Source: a virus
Lineage: Duplodnaviria > Caudoviricetes
IMG/VR virus record: IMGVR_UViG_3300033233_001970
Strand: one strand, 5' to 3'
Length of the DNA stretch: 64,000 nt
The position numbers and the translations under genes are program-made. This document shows, one piece after another, positions 38,586-50,087 of the stretch (its first letter is position 1; the number at the start of each line of letters is the position of its first letter). The notes under the pieces are model-generated. The model worked only from the letters and a program-made list of their open reading frames with translations, did no database searches and was not told where the DNA came from.

Positions 38586-41548
38586 ATGAAACACGCAGAA
38601 GCGATGACGGGTGGTTTCGGCTCGATTGCCGAAGATTTGAAAACTGAGAAAACGAAGTACGACATGGCCGTGACGGTAACGCTCGTTTTCAGCGACGAGT
38701 CGCACCGCGAAGCCTGGCTCGAGATGCAGGGGATCGTTCCTGACGTCGAGGTGCCGCCGAAGAACAAGGACGGCGAAATCGAGCTCCCAGAAGATCGTGA
38801 TTTGCGTCGAAAGATCACGAAGCGCATCGACTACAACAGGCGCCAACACGGGCCGGATCTTTCGTATCTTGTTGGTCCGCTTGGCGGGTCGAATCCGAGG
38901 CGTATCCCGTAAGGACAACGATCGCCCAATGAATCGCGCGGCTTCGAGGACGTATGATCTTCACGTGTAAAATTTGCGGACGCGAGCACGAGGGAGTGAG
39001 CAATATGTCCCCTGGCGTCGCTTCGGAAGAAACTGAGAAACTCAGAAACGCGTGGCTTATAGCGGAAGAGAAGTACGAAAAATCATCGAACGAGCACACG
39101 GAGAAGCTTCGCGACAAGGCATGGTTCGCGTATATGGCGACGAAGTCTTCCGGAGTCGAAAAACTTCCCGACACGATCACGACCAAAAATGGCAGCGACG
39201 GTTACTATCTCACGTGCGCGGAGGGTCACGAATGAAACCCCAACTCACGCCCCAGCAACAAGAGGTCTATGATCGATTTGCGGAAGTCGTCGACGTACTC
39301 CTCCGAATGCCGTCGGATGATGTGGAAGCCGTCGAGTCGAGCCTCACCGCGCGCTACGTGACGCACAAACACGATTTCGATGTCATCGAGGGGATGCGTT
39401 GGATGCTGGCCGAGCTTCGCCGCGTCGAGGACTGGCCCTACGAGACGTACGGACGCGGACGCGATGACGAGTCGATTTGGGATCGTACAGTTCATGAAGC
39501 GATGTGGGAAAACAAGTTGAAGCGAAGCGCGTGAAACACGGAGGCGCACATGACAGACGAATGGATGCGCGTAGGTGATGTTGTCCGGCACAAAGGTTCG
39601 GGTCGTGTAGGCAAGATCGGCCGGTTCGCCCACGACGGAACGACGGATGTTTGGGTTGACGAAACCGGGCCGTACAAGCAAAGTGATTTCGAAATTCTTC
39701 GGCCATCGACTCCAAAACCTGGCGAACCTGGTGGGCCGGAACTAGAAACGCCGGACGCCGACGGGTATACGTGTCATTGCCGAACATTTTCGGAGTGCAC
39801 GCACAAATAGACGGAGCTCATGGCGGAAAATCGATTCGAAGTTTGTCTGCGATGCACGGACGCCCGCTCGTCCGGCGATCTCGAGCGAGCGCCATTCCGA
39901 CGGCTGTCGAAGCCGTACATGCTGGCCCGTGGCACGTACGTGAAGCGCGCTTCGGCGGCGCTCATGACGGTGGATTACCACCAGCTTCCGGAGCTCACGA
40001 AACGAGAAGACCTTCACGTCGGCGACGAGGTCTATATCATGGACATCGTTGGTGAGGTTCGGCTCGCCAAGGTTGACGACGTGAACGGAGATGAGGCGCG
40101 CGCGTCGGACGCAGGAATGGTGTTTTTGTTGGAATTCGGGAGCGCATGGGTCTGCCCGAGCACGGTTCTTCGAGAGGTGTGGGAAGGTTGGCAGAAAGGA
40201 ACAAGACTGCCGTGAGCAACGACACGCAAAAACGAAAGAACGGAAGTCGCTACCTGCATGCGCTCGCGCTTTCGGCAGAAGGTCTCGAGCGCGAAGCGCA
40301 AATCGAATGGCTCCGGCTCGCTCAAGAAGAGCTGCACGAAATCGAAATGCTTCTCGCTTCGAGATCAGGCAGATACGGACTAAAGAAAGAAGAGATGAAG
40401 CCTCAGATCGCCGCGACACTCGCTTCCATCGCGGATATCTTGGGCGCGAAGAACAAAGATACGGTACGCGGCGTCGTAGGTTCGTTTCTCGACAACAGCA
40501 AATAGGTACTTGTACAACTTATACATGGACGCATAACGTGTGACGGAGCGCTCGAGAGAAATATCATGAGCTGGAACTACCGTGTTTTTCGTCATCCCGA
40601 CGAAGACGACCAACAAGTCTTCGGTATCCATGAGGCGTTTTACAACGACGTCGGTGAGGTCGAAGGCTGGACCGAAGATCCGATTCTCGTCAGCGAAAGC
40701 GTCGAAGGTCTCTTGCAGGAGCTCGAGCACCTTCGCGAAAGCGTGAAGAAAGACGTCATCGATGTGCGTCCCGAGGCGGTTACGCTTCCAGGGAAAGAAG
40801 CGAAGTAGTTGTGAACCCGTATCGAGCGATGGCAGAACCGCGCACGTTGGCGCACGCGCCGCCCGCAAGCTTTCTCGATCGTTTGTGGTGGTGGCTTCAC
40901 GGAGGCTCCAAACGACTGCACGCAGCGCGTGTTCGCCGAGAAGGCCACCCAACGGTCGCGATCAGAGTGCTGGTGGGCGCGCGCATACGGCAGCCATGAT
41001 CACGATCGATCTCATTCATCGAGTACCGGATCCGCACGAAAGAAACCGGATGTACGCGAACATCGCAAGAACACTTTCGAGACCAAGGTGACTACCCTCG
41101 ACGAGCTCCTCGTACGTCACTCGGAAACGATGAGGGCGCCCATAGGACACCTGGCCTGTCTCGGTGCCGGTGATTTGCATTTCGCGCCTGTGTCGGATGC
41201 CGATCGAAAAACCATCCGACCGACGTACGGAACGTTGATTGGTTTTTTCTGTCAGGCGCATCGTGGCGCAAGCGGACCGTTCGTGTACTGGCCTGGTAGG
41301 AAATACGAAGAATGAATTGGCGCATCGGGTTGTACGTATACCTGCTCCTCGGCGCAGTGTTCGTGCTCTGGCAGTCACGAACTTGGTGGCGCGAAGCATC
41401 GCGCATCGCGCATGAGTTGAATTGGAACAGCGGGTGGACGACCAAAACTGGCGTCGTCTTCATCGTTCTTGTCTCACTCTATTTTGATGTCGTACTCTGG
41501 CCGCGCTGCGTATGGCGTTGGTACCGCTCTCGAGGAGAGTCGAAATGA
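38586..41548 (+). CDS. Run of small hypothetical genes: 38586-38912, 38954-39235, 39232-39534, 39550-39810, 39820-40215, 40566-40808, 40811-40999, 41312-41548
   Basis: Same-strand closely packed ORFs; 40566 has WNYRV...IHEAFY; 41312 has two TM helices. Confidence 0.6.
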
Positions 41549-42000
41549 AATTCATCATCTACCCGCGCCGCGAAATAGAAACGGTCAAACCGCACGAAGA
41601 GCGGCACCTCATCATCAGTATCCGAACGCCTGGTGATCCAAAAGAAGCCAAACTACCCATCAACGAGCGAACGATGGGCGTACTGCGTCTTCTGTTCGAC
41701 GACATTCCGGATGTGCCGGAAGGCGTAGAGGAAGAGCTCGTCAAACAGCAACGAGATCTTGGCGGTCGCGATCTCTTATTTTTCGACAAAGTCATGGCGC
41801 GCGAAATATTCGATTTCGTTCGGCCTCACAAAGAAACGGTCGGAACGATCATCGTCCATTGCGACGCCGGAGTATCGCGCTCGCCAGCGGTAGCGGCAGG
41901 GATCGCGAAGATGGTGTTCGAACAGAACGACATGGTTTTCTTTGACGAGTATTACCCAAATAGTCGCGTGTACCGTATTTTGACGGCGGACGAGACATGA
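41545..42000 (+). CDS. Cys-based tyrosine/dual-specificity phosphatase-like protein
   Basis: IIVHCDAGVSRSPAVA (CX5R), LLFDD, PNSRV. Confidence 0.88.
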   Translation: MKFIIYPRREIETVKPHEERHLIISIRTPGDPKEAKLPINERTMGVLRLLFDDIPDVPEGVEEELVKQQRDLGGRDLLFFDKVMAREIFDFVRPHKETVGTIIVHCDAGVSRSPAVAAGIAKMVFEQNDMVFFDEYYPNSRVYRILTADET

Positions 42001-43348
42001 GCGAAATAGAAGAACTGCGAATCAAGCTAGCCGAAGCTCAAGAGCTGATTGACGCAGTCACGTCCGACGCTCCTGACGCGAGCATGAATGCAGCGCAGAA
42101 AAGATTCCGCATACGCGTGATCGATGTCATGGATAAGCAGTTTGGCCTCAGAGGTAGAATTGCGCTCGCCGATGAAGAAGAATTAACGGATTCTTTTCAC
42201 GCGTCGATCGATGAGGGACATGACGAGGAAGACGAGAAAATGAGCCTCGGCGGGATTCGGCCGATCGAAGGCGTCAATAAATCCGACAAGCTTCAGCGCG
42301 TCATCAATTCGATTCCGCAGCCCTTGTGGGACGAATGGAACGATCGTGACTCCACAAGGGAGTTTTTGCCTTTTACGGATGGCATCATGGATCGGCTCGC
42401 TGGCGAACGTCTTGATGATGAAGATTGGTACGCGCTCGGCGTAACTCACGGTCGTAGCGGAAAACCGATTATGTATGCTGTCGATCCAGGAAAAGAATAC
42501 GGTCCAGACATGATATTTTTCTGGGTGGGCGACGAATCGGAAGCCGAGGAAAGAGCTAAAAAGGGCATAGAAGCGATCATCCGCAAGAGAACAAACGATC
42601 CAAGAAGGCCAGTTTGAATGCGTAATTCATCGAAACTTAATCACATTTCCAAATCCATCGGCTCCGAACGACGAGGCCGCGTTCAAGTGAGAGACGGCTA
42701 CTTCGGCGCCACAGAGACGGCGCGCAACCAACAGCCCGATCCATCCAAGGCCAAGTTCCGCGATCTCGGACGCGATCTTGGTCGGCGCGCGCGCGAGGTT
42801 GCTCAGCAGCTCGACGAAGCGACCGACGAACTGAACGAGAGTCTTCGCAAAGCAGAGACGCTCTTTGTCGAAAAGCTCGGCGCAAACGCCCGTGGACGCA
42901 CCTCCCTCTGCAAAAACGAAGACGGCTGGATCGAGCACTTCGTTTTTCGTGACGGAAAATTCAGGTTCGAAAACGGATGGCCAGGAGAGGCGCTAAGCAG
43001 CGTTCCGCTCCTCAGCGCGAGTCGCGAGATTCGTACGCTTGCAGGAGGCCGAGTTCGAGATCTCTGGGAAGCGTGCGGCGGAATGAAGGGGGAGCTTGAA
43101 CCATGAAAATCAACGTGCGAAGAGTCAACGGTTCGCTACGTCTCGAGCTCGACGCGGAGACGGTATCGGAGGCGGCAGGGCTCAGCAAATTCATCGACGC
43201 ACTCAACGGCGGAACGATCAAGGAAGACGAAGACAACATCGCGTTCGATCGCGCGCTTCGAGTGGAGAGTGTCGGCATCGGCATCGAAGCCTTAAACTCG
43301 ATCGCCATCGAAACAGCACACGGATGGCCGTTCAAAGATGTGCCGTAG
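41997..43348 (+). CDS. Three hypothetical genes: 41997-42617, 42618-43106, 43103-43348
   Basis: Coupled ORFs. Confidence 0.65.
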
Positions 43349-43360
43349 AAAAGAACTCAC

Positions 43361-43855
43361 GTGATCCACTGGCGCACCATCCCAGGTTTTTCCCGTTACG
43401 AAGCCTCCGACGACGGCCGCATCCGTCGCCGCCGCACAGGCTATCTCCTGTCGCTCAGACATCGGGACAACGGCGGCTACGTCGATCTCATGGTCTACGA
43501 CAACGTAGGTGTCCGCCGCAAACGCAAGCTGCACAACCTGGTACTCGAGACGTTCGTGGGCCCGCGTCCGACGCCGCGCCATCATGGTGCTCACACGCCG
43601 GACAACGATCTCACCAACAACCGTCTTTCGAACCTCGCGTGGAAGCTCCCGGAAGAGAACGAAGCGGACAAGAAAATGTGCGGAACCGCGCCCAAGGGAG
43701 GCCGTACGTGGCGCCCCTCAAGGGAGCGCGTTCGTCGCGTAAAAGCGCGCGTCGCCGCAGGGGAATCGTACAGCGCGGTCGCGCGTGACGAGGGAATGCA
43801 CCGGCATTCGGTCTCGAGGATTGTGCGCGGACTGAGAAGAGCTCGAGCAGCGTAG
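43361..43855 (+). CDS. NUMOD4-HNH homing endonuclease
   Basis: WRTIPGFSRYEASDDGRIR; HNLVLETFVGP...H...NNRLSNLAW....N; C-terminal HTH. Confidence 0.88.
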   Translation: MIHWRTIPGFSRYEASDDGRIRRRRTGYLLSLRHRDNGGYVDLMVYDNVGVRRKRKLHNLVLETFVGPRPTPRHHGAHTPDNDLTNNRLSNLAWKLPEENEADKKMCGTAPKGGRTWRPSRERVRRVKARVAAGESYSAVARDEGMHRHSVSRIVRGLRRARAA

Positions 43856-44006
43856 ATAGACGAAAATGGAACCCGTCTACCAAAAAGAATGGAACGGCTG
43901 GCAAGCGATCTTTACCTTCGCAATAGCGGTAGTTGTCGTTGTTGGCGGAATTCTTCTTATTTGTTGATTTGTAGACAGAGCACGACCGTCCAGTTATGCT
44001 GCTCGT

Positions 44007-44297
44007 ATGGCAATGACCCAAACGGTGTGGGCGGCGGTTGGCGCAGCTTTCGGCGGAGGGCTCGGCGGCGTCATTGGTTTTCTTGTCGCCGACAAGGCCA
44101 AGCCCGAGAATCGCGCTCCACTCATGGCGGGAGCGTCGACCATCGGCGCCGTCATCGGCGCCTCGCTTCTCAGCGGCATGGGTAAAGCGGATTGCCCTGC
44201 GTGCCCCGGCGCATCGTTGCCAGCTACACCGGCGTCACCACCGGCGCCGTTGATAGCGCCGGCACCGACAACGCCTCCGCCGCGCAGTATCCCGTAA
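44007..44297 (+). CDS. Small Gly-zipper membrane protein
   Basis: Two GxxxG-rich TM segments and a Pro-rich tail; TATGCT 6 nt before the ATG. Confidence 0.65.
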   Translation: MAMTQTVWAAVGAAFGGGLGGVIGFLVADKAKPENRAPLMAGASTIGAVIGASLLSGMGKADCPACPGASLPATPASPPAPLIAPAPTTPPPRSIP

Positions 44298-44357
44298 GCT
44301 CTCTCATAGGCTAGGTTGGCCAGATTTCGGCCGACAAACGCGCGGCTACCGGAAAAC

Positions 44358-44386
44358 TTGACACAAAATGAAATAGTGACGACACT
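44358..44386 (+). promoter_or_regulatory. Repeated phage promoter, copy 1
   Basis: TTGACA CAAAATGAAATAGTGAC GACACT. Confidence 0.7.
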
Positions 44387-44410
44387 GGCCCGCGTACCAA
44401 GGGGAAAATC

Positions 44411-45373
44411 ATGGCCAGAACACAAAAGGGTGACGGAATCGTCACCGCTGTCGAAACGATCACGCCCGAAATCGCGAAAAAATACCTCGCGAAATCCAAG
44501 GGCAACCGCAACATCAGCAAGGCCGCTGTCGCGTCGCTCGTCGAAACGATTCGTCACGGCGGATGGTTCGTCACGCACCAGGGCATCGGCTTCAATGTCA
44601 AAGACAACCTGATCGATGGGCATACACGCCTTACCGCGATCATCGAGGCCAATGCTCCTGTCGACGTGATGGTGACGCGCGGTCTCTCGATGAAGTGCAT
44701 CGACGTGACGGACACGGGGACTTCCCGATCGGTCGCGCATATTCTTCAGATGGGATACGGCGAAGAAAATTCGAAACGCAAGCAAGCGCTCGCCACGTCT
44801 CTTCACAAACTCGAACACTGCAAGGGCACCAAGCTGACGGTCGACAGGTACCGAGAGATCGTCAAGCGCCATCAAAAGGGATGGGATTGGCTCGTCGATA
44901 CGTTCGGGATCGCTTCTGGCCAAAAGAGCAATCTGACGGCTGACGCGTTGTCGGCCCTCGTGTACGCGTACCCGGTTTCGCCGGACAAGGTGATGCGGTT
45001 CGCAACCGCGCTCCGATCGTTCGACGCGGCCCATCACTCGTCGGTACGCGCCTGCATCAACACGCTTTCGCGGTTGCGAGCGACGCGTCGTCCAACCATC
45101 CGAGAAATCGCCTTCAATGTTCTCCGATGCCTTCTCGCGTACATTCATCACGAGCAGCTCGTCAAGGTGCAAGGCAGCATCGACGGTTACGAACGCTTCC
45201 GTACCGCGCGTCACAAGGCGGGGCTCAGCACCGTGTACCGTGACGACGACGCGAAGTACGGTCTTCGTACCGAAGCGCCGATTCACGACGGCGGCGCCAA
45301 GGTACCCATTCAAAAGGCGCGAGGTCGCGGAGCGTCCAAAGCGCAGATGGAGCTCCCGCTCGATTTGCAATGA
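44411..45373 (+). CDS. ParB/Srx N-terminal-like domain protein
   Basis: ITPEIA...L....NRNIS, GIGF....LIDGHTRL.AII, DTG..RS. Confidence 0.75.
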   Translation: MARTQKGDGIVTAVETITPEIAKKYLAKSKGNRNISKAAVASLVETIRHGGWFVTHQGIGFNVKDNLIDGHTRLTAIIEANAPVDVMVTRGLSMKCIDVTDTGTSRSVAHILQMGYGEENSKRKQALATSLHKLEHCKGTKLTVDRYREIVKRHQKGWDWLVDTFGIASGQKSNLTADALSALVYAYPVSPDKVMRFATALRSFDAAHHSSVRACINTLSRLRATRRPTIREIAFNVLRCLLAYIHHEQLVKVQGSIDGYERFRTARHKAGLSTVYRDDDAKYGLRTEAPIHDGGAKVPIQKARGRGASKAQMELPLDLQ

Positions 45374-46016
45374 AACACGTATTGGCAAAAATCGATCGCC
45401 TGATCGTTCGGTTCCTATTTATCTTCCTGACGATCGAACGAACACGGTGCGGCGAGCCCGAATGTCGTTGCAAAAATCACGAAGTGATTGGTGTTAGTTC
45501 GTTTGGCTGGTATACATTTGCTGTCTTCGTGCTCGCTATGATGCTCCATTCGTGCTGGCAGACTCGTTGAGGTCGTTGATGAGCGCTGAGAATGGCGAAT
45601 CAGAGCTAAATCGACTCAAGGTCGAGAACGCCACGCTTCTCAAAATTGTGCAGGTGTTCGCCAATTTTCATCCTGACAGGGTGAAAAAGAATCACGCAGA
45701 ATGGATCGCTGCGAAAGTGGCGAACGCCCGTGATCAACTTCGATTCATCGCTCAACAGAAGAAGGCGTTCAAAGCGCCCGACGACATCATCGAGCGCAAG
45801 ATTCTTCATATCCAACAAATGCTTACGTATATGGATGAGCCTTCGTCATCGGTCGTCATTCGTCGCGCGAGCCGCCGTACGTACGAGGCGTGGGTCGAAG
45901 ATTGCGAGAAGACCATCGGATACGCCGATGGGACGACGGCCAATGACGCCGTGGTGAAGCTCTACGAGCTCGTTCGTTCTGTTGTCATGGAACGACGGCG
46001 TGAAGAAAAGAAATGA
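45370..46016 (+). CDS. Two hypothetical genes: 45370-45570, 45579-46016
   Basis: Coupled ORFs. Confidence 0.55.
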
Positions 46017-46669
46017 GCCGCATGACTGAAATCGTCTGCTCGTTTTGCCAGGCCAAGCAAGAAGACACATCCAAAATCATCGCAGGCGCGCAACCCGACG
46101 GTGGATCGATCTATATCTGCGACCAATGTGTTGGGCTCGCTGCTGACATTATGGGTTTCTCAACGATCGATATAGAAGCTGCTCGGCTCGAGGAACGCAA
46201 ATGGATCATAGAGTGGCTTCGTCGATGTCAGGCTGACGACGGCATACCAACCGGCATCGAACGAGGCGCACACGTTCCGTACCCCCAAGATCCTGAATGT
46301 CCAGGATCGGATTGTCCGATGTGCAGCGGCGAAGCGTGCAGCAAATGCGGCGCCGGCACATCAACGAGTGCTCCACGGAACTGCGAACACGATTCGGCCG
46401 AGAGGCACGAGATTCCTGTTTCGGAATACGTGACATGGGCCGTCAAGGACCCGCCCGATCTTCAATGGGATAACGTCATCTGTTCAGATGGCGACAAGCC
46501 GCCCGGCATCGGTACGGATCTTCTGAAGCTTGGACTCGAGCTTCATAAGAGAGGAAAAGCAGAAATGACAAACGAAACGAAGGGCCAAAACAGAACGGTC
46601 CGCGCTCGTGAAGATGCTGCTCGACAGCGGCGCGCTACCGTCAGACATTTGTCACTTGATGTCGATTGA
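46013..46669 (+). CDS. Protein with ClpX-type C4 zinc finger
   Basis: CSFC........IIAG.....YICDQCV at the N-terminus; no ATPase domain. Confidence 0.75.
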   Translation: MSRMTEIVCSFCQAKQEDTSKIIAGAQPDGGSIYICDQCVGLAADIMGFSTIDIEAARLEERKWIIEWLRRCQADDGIPTGIERGAHVPYPQDPECPGSDCPMCSGEACSKCGAGTSTSAPRNCEHDSAERHEIPVSEYVTWAVKDPPDLQWDNVICSDGDKPPGIGTDLLKLGLELHKRGKAEMTNETKGQNRTVRAREDAARQRRATVRHLSLDVD

Positions 46670-48151
46670 GTACAACACGCTTTCCGAAAAAGGTGGTTCC
46701 ACCAAAGCTCTGTACAAGAAGATGGCCAAAACGTGCGAACAGGCCAGGAATTTGTTTCTCGAAATTTCGATCTGAAATGATTCGCTGGATCAAATCGAAA
46801 CCACCGGCCGGATGGGGCGCCACTGAGCTCGAAGCCGTATTTGGTCGCGTACTTTGCGTTGTTCGTCGCGCAGCGACGTTTCGGTGCGAGCGATGGAGAT
46901 GGCACGTCGTCAGCATCCAGGATACGGAAAAGTTAGCGATGCCTCTTTCGAGAGTCAGCGCGCCGCCTCTTTACCGCGCCGATGCGCGAGGCAACGCATC
47001 GTCGATGGAGGCCGCGTGTCTCGCCGCAGAGAACGCAGCCAAGGACGTCGAGAAGCATCTCGCGGAAATGGACAAGCTTTACCCATTGAAGCCAAAGCGA
47101 AAAAAGCGGTGAACACGTGAAAATCACCATCAAGCCCAACGTGACACGCATCACCTTCAAAATGCACGTCGACGGCAAAGAGAAAGTCGTCGCCGAATTC
47201 ATTCGCAAAGAGAAGATTGACAATCTTCTGAATGACGACGGTTCCATCGGCCAATTTCTGCGCGGCCTGCGCGACAGCGTCAACGATCCAAATACGGATG
47301 GGTACAAGCGACAGTGAGTCCTTACCGCGAAACGGAGCGCCCGACCGAGATTGAAGATCCGGAAAACCAGATGGTTCTTCACGGAGTCCGTATTCGGGCG
47401 TGGCGATCATTTTATCAGCATGCGCTCGACGCGCTCACGAAGACATTGAGTACGTGGACCGCCGAGGACATCGCGAAGCGCGCGGAGGAAATTGCCGACG
47501 CGGCGTACGGTCGGTGGCTCCCGAGGCATGCGGCGTCGATTATTGTAGAGATAGAGATCGGCGAGGCGCAACTAGTGGCGTTTCGCAAAAAACTGTGAGC
47601 TGCCCCTCCTGCGCCAAAGCCAAACGCGTCGTCAGGCACCTCACGACAGATCCTCATTGGATGTGCCGATTCTGCGACGAGACGTTATGTGTCAGGTGTT
47701 ACGTGAAGCACACGTCCGAAAAGCACGAACCGCCTCCACTTTCGCTCAACTGCAAGTGCTGCGACGACATGGCGACTATTCTGGAGAAATCTTGAGACGC
47801 TACATCCTGAACGCTCAGCGCGAGCCTGTGCCGGAGCCTGATTTCCTGGCGTACGCGATGTGGATGAACGCCGCGTGGGAGGCAGATCCGCCGTTGGTGG
47901 TCGTTGCCAAAACGAAAATTCGCAGAGGTCTCGAAGTTTCGACCGTGTTTCTCGGGATCAACCACAATTGGTCCGATCGCGGGCCACCCGTCCTTTTCGA
48001 AACGATGGTCTTCCGAAAGGGTGTTGGCGTGGAATGCCGGCGCACCTCAACCTGGATCGAAGCCGCTGTCGAGCACGAGCGGATGGTGGCGTTCGTGAAA
48101 GGTTCGAATGTTGTTAGGCTTCCTGCTTCTACAAAAAAGGTTGTGAACTAG
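46666..48151 (+). CDS. Small hypothetical genes: 46666-47112, 47117-47317, 47314-47598, and one ending at 48151
   Basis: Coupled ORFs; the last has VSTVFLGINH...PPVLFETMVF. Confidence 0.6.
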
Positions 48152-48173
48152 GCTCGATCGACCGTGAAAAACC

Positions 48174-48202
48174 TTGACATAAAATGACTAAGTGAGGATA
48201 CT
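48174..48202 (+). promoter_or_regulatory. Repeated phage promoter, copy 2
   Basis: TTGACA TAAAATGACTAAGTGAG GATACT. Confidence 0.75.
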
Positions 48203-48210
48203 GTTCGCGT

Positions 48211-48318
48211 TAGCGACGCGCTAGGCCAGCATGTCGCTGAAAGTGCTCGACGCTCTGTCGTTGATGGCCCACCGAGGTTCGAGTCCTCTAAAGGGAAAGA
48301 CGACGGAGCGCCGAGCGC
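48211..48318 (+). ncRNA. Candidate structured RNA or 5' leader with T-loop hairpin
   Basis: Hairpin 48211-48239; stem 48243-48262/48299-48318 with 19 of 20 pairs enclosing GAGG-UUCGAGU-CCUC. Confidence 0.65.
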
Positions 48319-48344
48319 GAGCTTCACAGTTCAAGGGGAAAATC

Positions 48345-50087
48345 ATGAGCGTGACGTGCGAAGGCTGTAGAGCTCCGGTCGAGCATCCGCAGGAACACCT
48401 CGGCGGCGTGCGATTCGTATGTGGTCTGTGCGCCGCTGCGAGCGGATTCCCGCGAGGAATGGGCAAAGACGGATCGTGCTCGTTCTATGAAGGCAAGAAG
48501 GGCGACGCTTTCGCGCGCCGAGTTGTCGATCACCGCTCCGCCGCTTCGAGCAGACGCCTCCGCGCCTCGACCGAGCTGCACAAGGCAAAAGATGTCCCGC
48601 ACGCGTGCGCCGGTTGCGGGTGCGACGTTTTCCATAGCTTGGCCGCTCTAGAGAACCGCGTCGCCTGCGTGGCGTGCGCAAAAGCCACGCCGGGGCTCGA
48701 TCATATTCGAGGAACGGGCCGTGACGGCGCCGTCCTCCTTCATGATTCGCGAACGATCGTCGATCATCGTACACGTACGATTATCGATCATCGTACGGAA
48801 AAAGAATTCATACTTCCGCGATCCACCGTGGACGCAGCCAAGTATGGCTGGCATACGTCGCTTTCTCCCAGTTTGGGCATCGAACCATGCTCCGCATGCG
48901 GCGCCGCCCCGTGCGACTGTCACGAGAAAATCTGGAACTATGCGTACCGAACGTCGCCGTCCGAATGGAATTGGAACTTCGAACGACCTGTCGCTCGCGC
49001 GTACGCTGTAGAAACGAAGGGGCCAGAGCTCGAGCTCGATGACGAAAAACGCGGCCCTATTCAGCGTATGCGTGACGGATTGCCGTGCCGCGACTGCGGC
49101 GCGGTCAAATGCGACTGCAACGAAGAAATCTGGAACGTGCCGGTTTGCGTGGACGGTCAATGGCTATGGTATCTCGGCGTCGGTAGGACGGTAACGCTGC
49201 CTCGATCGGAAGCCAAATGGGGCCAAGAGATCGCTCTCAAGAATCATTCTTTCCAGCGAAATGATTTCTTGGTCGGTTCGGTACGTCGTGTTCGCGATGG
49301 GCTTCCGACGTCGCGACCCAGCAGCGCCAAGTTCTACCCATCGGTGAAGCAATCGCGCGTGGCTCGGTCATGCGGTGAAGCGACGCTCGTTTTCGATGCC
49401 GTGAAGGCAGCATTTTCGGAGAAAGTTCAAGACATACAAATCTACGTTCACCGCGTCGTAGACCCTGCGTCGCTCAGCGAATCCAGTATAGGATATCGAC
49501 CGTTTCCTATGGCACCCATCGAGGATGGTGCAGGGCTTTACGACTACATTTTGCGCAACATCCACAAGACGTCCGAAGCGGCAGAATACAAAGTATATTT
49601 CAGGGAACCGAACGGAGCCGAGCGTGGTAGAGGACACGCGCGTATGCCGACGGTACCGGAGGTGCTGCCGCTTCGTAAATTGGCCGAGCCGCATTACATC
49701 CTACCCGGCGAACCGATCGGGATGTTCCTTCACGTACCGCCCTGCCCCATCTGCGAACGAATCGATCATGTCTGTTTGGTCGACAACAATCACGTCACGT
49801 GCGGGAAGCCCGCGCCATTCTTCGCCGGTAAAAATCCCATGTGCGCGGGCCACATGTACGATTTCAAAGAGATGATGAGCGTCGTTTGCTCTCCCGATCT
49901 CTGCGACGAGTGCAATGGCGCGCTTCAGCGAGCTTTTAGGCCCGCAGTGTACGCGCTTGCCGTCAAGAAGAAGGCCGATCGATACGATAACTCGTACGTC
50001 TTCGAAGAGGCGCGCAACATCCACAAACTCTGCGACGTCGAATGGATGAAATACGCGCTCCGTAAACGAGCGCTGGTCCCGAGATGA
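48345..50087 (+). CDS. Multi-zinc-finger protein with duplicated modules
   Basis: AAGGGG RBS before ATG 48345; many CxxC pairs; C..CGA..CDC.E.IWN twice. Confidence 0.7.
   Translation: MSVTCEGCRAPVEHPQEHLGGVRFVCGLCAAASGFPRGMGKDGSCSFYEGKKGDAFARRVVDHRSAASSRRLRASTELHKAKDVPHACAGCGCDVFHSLAALENRVACVACAKATPGLDHIRGTGRDGAVLLHDSRTIVDHRTRTIIDHRTEKEFILPRSTVDAAKYGWHTSLSPSLGIEPCSACGAAPCDCHEKIWNYAYRTSPSEWNWNFERPVARAYAVETKGPELELDDEKRGPIQRMRDGLPCRDCGAVKCDCNEEIWNVPVCVDGQWLWYLGVGRTVTLPRSEAKWGQEIALKNHSFQRNDFLVGSVRRVRDGLPTSRPSSAKFYPSVKQSRVARSCGEATLVFDAVKAAFSEKVQDIQIYVHRVVDPASLSESSIGYRPFPMAPIEDGAGLYDYILRNIHKTSEAAEYKVYFREPNGAERGRGHARMPTVPEVLPLRKLAEPHYILPGEPIGMFLHVPPCPICERIDHVCLVDNNHVTCGKPAPFFAGKNPMCAGHMYDFKEMMSVVCSPDLCDECNGALQRAFRPAVYALAVKKKADRYDNSYVFEEARNIHKLCDVEWMKYALRKRALVPR

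Noticed and set aside
43994-45388. Long antisense ORFs (also 26658-27836, 32265-33470, 33689-34750, 54014-55036)
   Set aside because: They shadow well-supported genes in GC-rich DNA and show no motifs.
48262-48300. A tRNA gene at GGTTCGAGTCC
   Set aside because: Only a T-arm-like hairpin is present; no acceptor stem, D arm or CCA in register.
48231-48344. N-terminal extension of the 618-aa ORF
   Set aside because: It overlaps the paired RNA region, and a strong RBS precedes ATG 48345.
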